From positions 132,081 to 196,080 of the forward strand of contig CBDFFH010000038.1 in NCBI GenBank assembly GCA_965246715.1: a stretch of 64,000 nucleotides of DNA, written 5' to 3'. Below the pieces are notes generated by a model that was given only the letters and a program-made list of their open reading frames with translations, had not been told where the DNA came from and ran no database searches. Positions within the stretch are counted from its first letter, which is position 1. Every line of letters begins with the position of its first letter. The DNA comes from Chamaesiphon sp. (GTDB taxonomy: Bacteria > Cyanobacteriota > Cyanobacteriia > Cyanobacteriales > Chamaesiphonaceae). Both the position numbers and the translations under genes were made by a program. Positions 50,305 through 59,879 of this stretch are shown piece by piece.

Positions 50305-51791
50305 TCTGGGTACCGAACTCTACAAACCCATCGAACAATACGAAAAACGCGGTCAATTCGGAGCCTACACGGATATTTATGCCCTAGCTGTCACTCTGTA
50401 TCACCTACTAACTGGAGCCGCTCCAGGCGGTGGTTCGTATTTATATAGATCCAAGGAAAGAAAAGATGCTCGTGATAAAGGATTGGATAAACAATTAGAC
50501 GAACATTTGTGGGGAGAGTTAGCAAAAACTGGGGTAAGTGAGAGAACTCAAGCAGCGATTAAAGCTGGAATGGAAATAGAGCCGAGTCAACGCCCTCAAA
50601 ATATTACTGCGTTTTGTAAATTATTAGGATCGAGGTACAAGCAAGCAAACGTTGTTACTGCATCATATGAGCAAGTACCAGTATCAAAACCAGTCATATT
50701 AACAACACAAGAAGAATTAAGAAAACAGGTCTATTCGTCCCCGGTAGTTACATCAAAAAAAGCACCTAACCGTCGGATGTTGTTGTTATGGTTAGGTGGA
50801 ATAGGTGGACTGACAGGGGCAGGATTAATAGGTTCATTTGTCAGGAATTTTCGTCAATCTAGTACTCCGATATTTAAAGTTTCCTCTAATTTAATTTCCA
50901 GTAAAGATCCTAAAGACACTTCTCAAACTAATGTTAGCTCTGATGTTATTATTTCTACCTTGAAAACAATCGAGTTCGCCACCGTAAAACTTGATAATCG
51001 GGGAGAAATTATTGCCAGACCATTGGGAACTGCACAGATCTTAAAAGAAGATTTGGGTAATGGGCTAAATCTTACAATGGTTAGCATTCCTGGTGGTAGT
51101 TTCATGATGGGGGCACCTGAAAATGAGCAAGAATCAGAGAATTATGAAAGGCCGCAGCATCAAGTAACTGTATCTGACTTTTATATGGGGCAAACACTTA
51201 TTACTCAATCCCAATACCAATCTATTATGGAGGAGAATCCATCTAGATTTAAAGGGGATAACCGCCCGGTTGAAAATGTCCAGTGGAAAGAAGCTCAAGA
51301 ATTCTGTAGAAAATTATCTGTAAAAACTAAAAATTTGTATGCTCTCCCTAGTGAAAGTTGCTGGGAATATGCTTGTAGAGGTGGAACAATTACCCCTTTT
51401 TATTTTGGCAATACAATCACTACTGATACTGCTAACTATTCTGCTAACTATACCTATGGAAATGCTCCAAAGGGATTATATCGAAAGGAAACAACCATCG
51501 TAGATACGTTTCCTCCCAATCCTTTTGGACTATACGACATGCACGGAAATATATGGGAATGGTGCGAGGATCACTGGCATGAAAATTATAAAGGTGCGCC
51601 AACTGATGGAAGCATTTGGGATAGTGAAAATGATACGCAAGATCGTGTCCTCCGAGGTGGTGCATGGTATCTCAAACCAAGGTTTTGTCGTTCGGCAAGT
51701 CGTACTAGGTGGTCAGCAAAGGTTAAGAGCAATAATTTCGGCTTTCGTGTTGTCGGCATTTATGCTTGATTAATCCTAGTACACCCCATTT

Positions 51792-53193
51792 ATGACAATT
51801 ACCCTCACCATCATCGACGGCAAGCTCAAGGGCAAATCCTACAACTTCGATTCTCGTACCATTTTATGGGTAGGCCGAGATTCTAATTGTTCGCTTCAGT
51901 TTCCCGCACATCCAGATTACGAACAAGTATCCCGCCTCCATTGTTTGCTCGATATCGATCCGCCCAAAATTTCCGTGCGCGACTTCAATAGTAAACATGG
52001 CACCTATGTCGATGCAGTGCTAGTCGGCAAGCGGGAAAGCGGACAAGCTGCGCCCCAAGGCATTAATGCCGATATCAAACCCGTTGAGAAAAATCTGTAC
52101 TCAGGCAATATCATCGGCATCGGCAACGTCCATATCAAAGTTACCATTAGCGGCGAACAGCCCGACTATTCGCCCCCTCCCATCGCCCAACCACCCACAG
52201 CGATGCGAATCGTCGCGGATAAAGCGATCTCATTTATCAAAAACTGGTTAGAAATTCCAGATCGCACCCCAGCCAGTCAGCGCGAAAAACAGGCGATCGG
52301 CGGTTATAAAATAGTGAAGGAGCTTGGCGCAGGCGGCTACGGACAGGTGTTTCTCGCTGAAAATGCCAAAGGCAACCAAATCGCGATTAAGGTGATGTTG
52401 GCAGAGGTGGCAGCCACTCCAGCGAAGGTGAAGATGTTCGAGCGCGAAATCGATAATGCCAAAGCTCTCAATCATCCCAATGTCGTCTGCCTGACTGACA
52501 ATGGTTTCGATCCTGGGAATAACTGCTTGTACTATGCAATGGAATACTGTGCGGGGGAAAATCTCCATACCTTTATTCACAAAATGGGCGGGATTCTCGA
52601 TTTAGCCCTAACCAAACGGCTGATTTTTCAGATTCTCGATGGCTTGGAATATACCCACAATGCTGAGATTCCCTATGTGCGATTGGCTGATGGGAGTTTT
52701 GGCAAAGGTGTCGGCTTAGTTCATCGCGATCTCAAGCCTGGTAACATTATGATTGCCAATTCCAATCTCGGTCAAATTGCCAAAATTGGCGATTTTGGTT
52801 TAGCCAAGGCGTTCGACATGGCAGGATTGAGCGGACATACGATGAGCGGCGATGGTTTTCGCGGTACGCCGCATTTATATGTGTCGCAAGCAAGTTTTGG
52901 AATTTCAACAGGCTAAACCAGAAGTAGATATCTGGGCAGCGGCAGCTTGTTTGTACTATATGTTGACGAATCAGTCTCCCCGCAAGTTTGGCAAGGGCGA
53001 AGGCTGGGAAGTGTTATTAGAGCGCGATGTAATTCCGATTCGCGATCGAAATCCCGATTTACCCGCACCTTTAGCCATCGTAATCGATCGAGCATTACAT
53101 GAAGGCTCCAAGGGAACGACCACCCTTCACTATCAACGGGTACAAGATTTCAAAGCCGATCTCTCGATCGCCTTCAACGAAATTTTGGATTAA
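51792..53193 (+). pseudogene. FHA-domain Ser/Thr kinase with a +1 frameshift
   Basis: FHA motifs GR, SRLH and SKHGT; kinase motifs GAGGYG, HRDLKPGN and DFG. Deleting one T of TTT at 52874-52876 gives GTPHYMCRKQV...DIWAAAA. Confidence 0.85.
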
Positions 53194-53212
53194 CGCCACC
53201 CCACCAAAATCT

Positions 53213-53315
53213 GTAGGGGTGCCCCTTGTGGGTACCCTCACCATCTCGAACATAGCACCCAGATTATCTATGTGAGCGACATTGGTGCAGGGCGGGCACG
53301 AGGCACCGCCCCTAC
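53213..53315. repeat. REP-A/REP-B doublet (BIME/REPIN-like), a direct repeat of 47993-48104
   Basis: Same two REPs and the same linker start TCACCA...AACATAGCA. Confidence 0.88.
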
Positions 53316-53349
53316 AGCTTGATTTTATTTACCCAATACCCATACAACA

Positions 53350-53904
53350 ATGGAACCTGACGAAACAAAATCTGTCCACCAGCCTCAATCGCCCAATCTA
53401 AATCGGACGGATAGCAAAACACTCCCAACTGTCCATGTTGCAGGTATCTCACCCCTGCCCCAAAGATCTTCTAATAGTGGTGAATCCAATCCTAAACCTG
53501 GATTATGGACAGGCTTGCGATTGCCCATGAAACGGACAGCCACGATCGTCGTTATCCTGCTTGTTTTAGCTATGGTGGGATCTGGACTATTTAATCTAGC
53601 CAAAGGTGCAATTGACAACCTCACAGCGAAGAAACCAGCCACAACAAACCAACCAACCGAGCAAAGTCAGCCTACCACCACAAATACCCCAACAACAGCC
53701 AGTAGCGACAAAAATAATTGTACTGACTTACCCACTCGTATGACTAAATCTAAAATTACAGGTCAACAGGTGGACAAAGTATTTTATCAAACATATCCCG
53801 ATCGAGTGAATAAGCCGCTAGCAGATACATCAATCGATCGAGCTTTACGTCAAGAGTGGTGTGCCGTTGCTAATAAGTTAATCGAGCAAAAATCTGGCAA
53901 ATAG
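53350..53904 (+). CDS. Single-pass membrane protein resembling the C-terminal domain of cyanobacterial kinases
   Basis: TM IVVILLVLAMVG, T/Q/P-rich linker, and VDKVFYQTYPD...LRQEWC. Confidence 0.6.
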   Translation: MEPDETKSVHQPQSPNLNRTDSKTLPTVHVAGISPLPQRSSNSGESNPKPGLWTGLRLPMKRTATIVVILLVLAMVGSGLFNLAKGAIDNLTAKKPATTNQPTEQSQPTTTNTPTTASSDKNNCTDLPTRMTKSKITGQQVDKVFYQTYPDRVNKPLADTSIDRALRQEWCAVANKLIEQKSGK

Positions 53905-54317
53905 AATTTTAGTGACAATCGATCGCATCCTGAACGGTTAAATCTCGATCGAGACTCCAGATTGATAATCAGACTAGCACTAAATAGATCGCACCCCTAC
54001 AGCAGAATGCGAGCCTAAATCGGACTACATACTTCTCTTGCATGTAGTGATTAACTCTCCCGAATCAGCTAATTTATTCAATCTAGGATACAGAAATCAT
54101 CGATCGAGAGTGGGATGATAACGATCGAACGCCCATATATTAAACTATGCGATCGCCAAGTCCCAGCCTGTGGAAATAGATTAACAATTAAAATTAGAGT
54201 GGGGATCGGGAAGTGTGGGGATTGTCTATCTACCCACCCCGCCCTGAAGGGCACCCCTCCGAGGAGGGGACTTTATTCCCTAAAGCCTATCCCCTATCCC
54301 CTATCCCCTAGAAAGAT

Positions 54318-56864
54318 ATGCAACTGCGAGCGGTATTGATGGCGGGAGGTTCGGGAACGCGGTTGAGACCATTGACCTGCGAATTGCCCAAACCGATGGT
54401 ACCAGCGATCGATCGCCCGATCGCCGAACATATTATCAATCTGCTCAAGCGCCATCAGATTACGGAAATTATCATCACCCTGCATTATTTGCCGGAAGCG
54501 ATCCAGCAGTATTTTGGCGACGGGAGCGACTTTGGGGTTAAAATTCACTATGCGATCGAAGCCGAACGTGCATTGGGAACAGCGGGATGCGTCAAAAATG
54601 TCGAAGAAATTTTGGGGGGCACATTTCTAGTTATTAGTGGCGATAGTCTCACCGATATCGATCTGACTAGTGCGATCGAGTTCCACCGTCGCAAAGGTGC
54701 CAAAGCAACAATTATTCTCGCGCACATTCCCAATCCTATCGACTTTGGGCTGGTGATCGTCGATGAAGACGATCGCATTCGCCGCTTTCTGGAAAAACCA
54801 TCAGCGAGTGAAATTTTTTCTGATGCTGTCAATACGGGGATATATATCCTCGAACCAGAAGTCCTCGACTACCTACATCTCGACACTGAAGCTGATTTTT
54901 CGCAAGATCTCTTTCCTCAACTGCTCGCCCACGATGTACCGATGTATGGCTATGTCGCCGATGGATATTGGTGCGATATCGGACAACTCGACATCTATCG
55001 CGAGGCGCAATATGACGTGCTGCGCGGTAAGGTCAAAATCGATTGGCCGTTCCCCGAAACTAGTCCGGGGATTAGAATTGGGGCGAATACTTATATCGAT
55101 CCGACAGCTAAAATTGAAGCGCCTGCGGTCATCGGCTCGAATTGTAAGATCGGCGCGCGGGTAACAATTTCCGCCGAGACGATCGTGGGTGATAATGTGG
55201 CGATCGGCAGAAATGCCACCCTCAAACGACCGATCGTCGGGAATGGCTCGATCGTGGGCGAGGATGCCCAACTCCGGGGTTGCGTCTTGGCGCGCGGGGT
55301 GAGGATCGGACGCGGCGCGCAAGTGCTAGAAGGAGCCGTCTTGGGGGCACTATGTAATGTCGGAGAGGAAGCCCAAATCAATCCCAACGTGCGGGTGTGG
55401 CCGAATAAGGAAATCGAACCCCTCGCGATCCTCAATATCAACTTGATTTGGGGGCAGATCGCCCACCGCAATCTCTTTGCCCAGCGCGGCGTACAGGGGT
55501 TGGCAAACATCGATATCACGCCGGAATTTGCCGTAAAATTGGGCGCTGCGTATGGTTCGACGCTCAAGCAGGGGACTCAAGTAACCGTCTCGCGCGATCA
55601 ACGGAATATGTCGCGAATGGTGTCGCGATCGTTGATTGCGGGATTGATGTCCGTGGGCATTAATATTCAAGATCTCGAAGCCACCGCCATCCCCGTCTCG
55701 CGGAAAATCATTCATGCCCTCCGCCAACGCCAGGATGAAGTCACAGTGGTCGGCGGGATTCACGTGCGGTTGCATCCCGATCGCATGGATTCGATTTTAA
55801 TTGAATTCTTCGACGATCGAGGGATTAATATCTCCACCGCCCAAGAGAAAAAAATCGAATCTGCCTACTTCAAGGAAGATTTACGCCGCGCCCGCATCCC
55901 CGAAATCGGCGATGTCAACCGCTTTTCTCAAGGAATGGATATTTATAAAGCCGCTTTCCAAAAGCAGCTCAACCTGGAGATCATTCGTCACGCCAGTTCT
56001 AAGGTAGTAGTCGATTACGCTTATGCCGTCTCTGGTGCCATCTTACCGCTGCTACTGTCCAAATTTGGGTGCGATGCCGTCGTCCTCAATGCCAGTCTCA
56101 ACCAGATGTCCCTGACGCTCAACGAGCGCGAGGCATTATTAAATCAACTCGGTCATGTCGTCGTTGCGCTCAAAGCTTCCTTCGGCGTACAAGTCTCCGC
56201 GCATGGCGAACAAATGATCCTCGTCGATGAGGAAGGGGTGCCGATTCGGGGGGATATGCTGACCGCCCTGATGGTACAAGTCGTGCTGACTGCCTATCCC
56301 GGCGGTACCGTCGTCGTTCCCGTCCAAGTATCTAGCGCGATCGAACAAATCGTCCGCCGTCATGGTGGTAAGGTCAAACGCACCAAAGCTAGTCCCACGG
56401 CACTGATGGAAGCCTGTCAGCAGTTACCAAACGTCGTCCTTGGTGGGAGTGGTGAAATGGGCTTTATCTTCCCAGAGTTTCACCCTGGCTTCGATGCGAT
56501 GTTCTGTATCGCGAAGCTGATCGAAATGCTCAGCCGCCAGGAGCGATCGCTCAGTAGCATTCGCGCCGAACTCCCTCGCGTCCATTACCGGACGCACTCG
56601 ATCCGCTGTCCCTGGACTGCCAAAGGTGGCTTGATGCGGCATATCCTCGAAACTCACCAACCAGAGTATTTAGATACCGAAGATGGTGTGAAAATCATTA
56701 ACTATCAAGACGATCGCTGGGTATTGATTCTCCCCGATGCTGGCGAACCGTTGGTACATATTTATGTGAATGGAAACGATCGCAATTGGGTCGATGAAAC
56801 CCTCCGCGAATACCGCCAACAAGTCCAAGACTTTATCGAACAATATCGTCAGAGTAGCGATTGA
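54318..56864 (+). CDS. Mannose-1-phosphate guanylyltransferase fused to a phosphomannomutase-like domain
   Basis: MAGGSGTRLRPLT..PKP, LGTAG, FLEKP, hexapeptide repeats and a PGM/PMM-like C-half. Confidence 0.9.
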   Translation: MQLRAVLMAGGSGTRLRPLTCELPKPMVPAIDRPIAEHIINLLKRHQITEIIITLHYLPEAIQQYFGDGSDFGVKIHYAIEAERALGTAGCVKNVEEILGGTFLVISGDSLTDIDLTSAIEFHRRKGAKATIILAHIPNPIDFGLVIVDEDDRIRRFLEKPSASEIFSDAVNTGIYILEPEVLDYLHLDTEADFSQDLFPQLLAHDVPMYGYVADGYWCDIGQLDIYREAQYDVLRGKVKIDWPFPETSPGIRIGANTYIDPTAKIEAPAVIGSNCKIGARVTISAETIVGDNVAIGRNATLKRPIVGNGSIVGEDAQLRGCVLARGVRIGRGAQVLEGAVLGALCNVGEEAQINPNVRVWPNKEIEPLAILNINLIWGQIAHRNLFAQRGVQGLANIDITPEFAVKLGAAYGSTLKQGTQVTVSRDQRNMSRMVSRSLIAGLMSVGINIQDLEATAIPVSRKIIHALRQRQDEVTVVGGIHVRLHPDRMDSILIEFFDDRGINISTAQEKKIESAYFKEDLRRARIPEIGDVNRFSQGMDIYKAAFQKQLNLEIIRHASSKVVVDYAYAVSGAILPLLLSKFGCDAVVLNASLNQMSLTLNEREALLNQLGHVVVALKASFGVQVSAHGEQMILVDEEGVPIRGDMLTALMVQVVLTAYPGGTVVVPVQVSSAIEQIVRRHGGKVKRTKASPTALMEACQQLPNVVLGGSGEMGFIFPEFHPGFDAMFCIAKLIEMLSRQERSLSSIRAELPRVHYRTHSIRCPWTAKGGLMRHILETHQPEYLDTEDGVKIINYQDDRWVLILPDAGEPLVHIYVNGNDRNWVDETLREYRQQVQDFIEQYRQSSD

Positions 56865-56940
56865 CAATAGAACACTTATTCCACCATATTGATTTAAAGA
56901 GGATGACAATCACTATCCCTTTGAAAATATTCAACTAAAT

Positions 56941-57368
56941 ATGGTCGATAATCTTTTAAAGCCTGGACTATTTGGGCTATGGTTTACAAACAGAGACTTC
57001 ACTAAATTAAAGTATTGGGGGAAAAATCAGTTTAACAGTTCATTTCCGGCATCTCTAGCTTGCTACATGCACTCAATAGGTATCAATCCTGTTTACCTGT
57101 CTCTCGATCGGGATCGGCGTGTCAATCATAGTAAGATCTCTCTAGAAAATTTATTTGGATTACCGCCACTTACCGAACAACTCCATTTTGCGTTTGAGAC
57201 CGTCTTTTCTCCCTACGCTATATATGCTAAAGGTACCGTTCCCAGAGCAGACTTAGTAACGATCGATCGAATTTCAAAAGTGTAGTCTGGCTATATAAAA
57301 TGCTATCCGATTTTGCCTCAAACGGCGCGATCGATTTCAAGGGAATTATCGATCGATTAACATACAAT
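56941..57368 (+). pseudogene. HindVP-family type II restriction endonuclease remnant
   Basis: KPGLFGL..NRDFT...WGKNQFNSSFPASLACYM. After the stop, another frame gives VVWLYKMLSDFA..IIDRLTYN, which ends at a MITE-like end at 57368. Confidence 0.7.
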
Positions 57369-57611
57369 AACGTCAGTTCGGGATAAGAAAGGAAGGAGGC
57401 ATTAAGCTAGAAGGTATAACTATCCCTCTTTTATTACTCTCGCCAGAAGATTAAATTTGCTTTCGATCGAATATCGTTTACTGTCTAAGGTTTGAGAGCT
57501 AATTTCTAACATTTTAGAATTGGGGGCGGTGAAAATTGAAACTGTTAGTAATTAAGCTCTCGATCGCTTGCGTGAAGACATCTCGATCGAAAACACCATC
57601 TTACAATATTT

Positions 57612-59879
57612 CTACTTGGTTATAGTCAATACGAGGCTATTCTCACCCAATAATTTACGCTGCGGAGTGGTGACTCGCGCTGTCAATTGATAATCACCTG
57701 GAGCCAAACTTGATAGTATAAGTTTGTGGACGAGCTTACCACTATCCGGTGCGATCGTGATATCGATCGAGTCTTGTTTGACGATCGCATCAGCCCGTTT
57801 TAGTGTGTATGAAAGTGAGGAATTAGGAATCGATTTCCACAGATCGTTAATTAGCCACAATTCTACTGGAATTGATTCGCCAACTTTCCACTGTTGTTTT
57901 GTCAAAACGATACTCGGCAAAATCGGTTGATAAGCACGTTTGAGAGCTTGATATCCTGGTTTTGTCTGTCGCCAATAGTCTACAATACCCCAATTTATCG
58001 ACGGCCAATCTTCGACAAACATAAATTGAAAAATCGCACTCACTGGTTGATAACGTTGTCTGCGGTAAGCTTCAGCAGCAAATTGAGTTAGTTTGGCTTG
58101 ATATTGTTGGGTATTGTCGATAAATTCTTCGATAGTTTTGCCCATCGGTATCTTAGCAAGATCGAAGGTTTCATGAGGCTGAAAATTATGATATTTCCAT
58201 TTTTCTAGTTTGGCTGGTGTATCGGGGAATAGTTCGGCTGCTGTAAATATTTTTTCTAATGAACTCCGATTTGGCAATGCTTGCGCACCGAATTCAGTAA
58301 TTAATGGTTCTTTAGTAGGTTTGCCATAATCTTGCCATGTTCCTGAGTACCAGCCAAACCAGGGATGTTCGTTAACGGTTGAGGCGAGATGGAGATGACG
58401 GGTGGTGTCGCGGGAGCGCAAACTATTGTAAATTGTCTCATCGAGATCGCGATTTTGCTTGGGGTTATAATTGGGATATTTATACTGCATCCAGGTGGCA
58501 TCCCACGGCGGTTCGTTATGAATGCTCCAGACAAAAATTGCGGGATGGTTATACAAACTTGTTACCATATCGTTAGCCTGTCGCGTTGCTTCGCTAACGA
58601 ATTCTGGTGCATCAGTATAACCCCATTGTAAGGGGAAATCTTGCCAAACTAATAGCCCCATTTCGTCGCACAAATTATAAAATTCTTTAGCTTCGACATG
58701 GGCGTGAACGCGGATGCTATTAACATTTGCTTGCTGCATGAGCTTGAGATCGATCGAGTATTTCGAGCGCGTCATTTCACTCAACCACTGAGAAGCGATA
58801 TAATTGGTGCCACGTAAGAACATTCTGCGTCCATTTAATTCCCATGCTTGAGATTGGGGATTGAGACGAATCGTGCGAAAGCCAAATTTGGTACTCGATC
58901 GATCTAATAATTTGTTTTTACTTAGGATTTCAGTTTTTAATTGATATAAGTCTGACTTGCCATGTTCCCACGTCCACCATAAATGCGGGTTAGTTTTAGG
59001 AATATTAATAGCAATCTGATTGATACCTGGTTTTAAGAGCTGTTCCTGAATTACGGATAAATCTGGTGGCTCTTGAAAATTTACCGATCGAAGTTGCAGT
59101 GCTAATTTTACTGCTTGTGATTTGAGAGTATGATTAACGATTGTTAAATCGACACGAGCAATACCATTTTGGTAACGAGCATCTAATTCTGGGGTAACTT
59201 GTTGTTGGATAATTGCGACTCGATCGGATATTTGTAGCGATACAGGTGCCCAAATTCCGCCCGTATTCTGTTCTTGTCCGCGTACAGACCATGCACCACC
59301 CGGACGGGTGTCGTGATGGTTTAAAACGCCTTTAATCAGCCGTTTGTGCAAAGACCAGACTTTCTCTGGTTCCTCGGTGGGACTATTGACTTTGACGACT
59401 AAAATATTATCATCATTGTATTTTAGATCTTCAGAGACAATAAATCGGAAGGGTTGAAAATACCCTTCATGAAATCCTAAATAATGACCATTGAGCCAGA
59501 CATCACCAGTATAGTCAACACCTTCAAATACAAGTTGAATGACCTTACCTTTTAAAGATCGATCGATCCTAAAATGATGGCGATACCAAGCAACTCCAGA
59601 CAGATCGTGCCCTTGTAAGAACCAATTACCAGGAACTTGGATCGATTTCCAATGGCGGTCATTAAATGTCGGTAAATAAACATTGTCTGATTGAAGATAT
59701 CCAGACGCGAATTTCCATTTACCACCTAATGAAATTGACTTAGTTTCTAACGGTGCTGGATTGGCAACTGTAGAGGTAGGATGAATGGCGATTGTCAAAC
59801 TTATACCGAGGATGAATAGTAACACCCAGATGAATCGAATAAATGGAAATTGTCGGATGAGAGAAGATAAGCGATCCAT
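57612..59879 (-). CDS. Secreted glycoside hydrolase family 2 (beta-mannosidase/beta-galactosidase-like)
   Basis: Signal/TM; motifs FEGVDY, FGFR, LRGTNY, CDEMGLLVWQDF, WSIHNEP (acid/base) and ITEFG (nucleophile). Confidence 0.9.
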   Translation of the reverse strand: MDRLSSLIRQFPFIRFIWVLLFILGISLTIAIHPTSTVANPAPLETKSISLGGKWKFASGYLQSDNVYLPTFNDRHWKSIQVPGNWFLQGHDLSGVAWYRHHFRIDRSLKGKVIQLVFEGVDYTGDVWLNGHYLGFHEGYFQPFRFIVSEDLKYNDDNILVVKVNSPTEEPEKVWSLHKRLIKGVLNHHDTRPGGAWSVRGQEQNTGGIWAPVSLQISDRVAIIQQQVTPELDARYQNGIARVDLTIVNHTLKSQAVKLALQLRSVNFQEPPDLSVIQEQLLKPGINQIAINIPKTNPHLWWTWEHGKSDLYQLKTEILSKNKLLDRSSTKFGFRTIRLNPQSQAWELNGRRMFLRGTNYIASQWLSEMTRSKYSIDLKLMQQANVNSIRVHAHVEAKEFYNLCDEMGLLVWQDFPLQWGYTDAPEFVSEATRQANDMVTSLYNHPAIFVWSIHNEPPWDATWMQYKYPNYNPKQNRDLDETIYNSLRSRDTTRHLHLASTVNEHPWFGWYSGTWQDYGKPTKEPLITEFGAQALPNRSSLEKIFTAAELFPDTPAKLEKWKYHNFQPHETFDLAKIPMGKTIEEFIDNTQQYQAKLTQFAAEAYRRQRYQPVSAIFQFMFVEDWPSINWGIVDYWRQTKPGYQALKRAYQPILPSIVLTKQQWKVGESIPVELWLINDLWKSIPNSSLSYTLKRADAIVKQDSIDITIAPDSGKLVHKLILSSLAPGDYQLTARVTTPQRKLLGENSLVLTITK

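Larger units (their letters stand above)
48268..51769 (+). pseudogene. Ser/Thr kinase + TM + FGE-sulfatase gene interrupted by ISAs1
   Basis: GKGGFG, HRDVKPHN and DFG. Removing the IS restores SNSLGT|ELYKPIEQY in frame. The C-part has WEYACRGG, YDMHGNIWEWC and LRGGAW. Confidence 0.92.
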
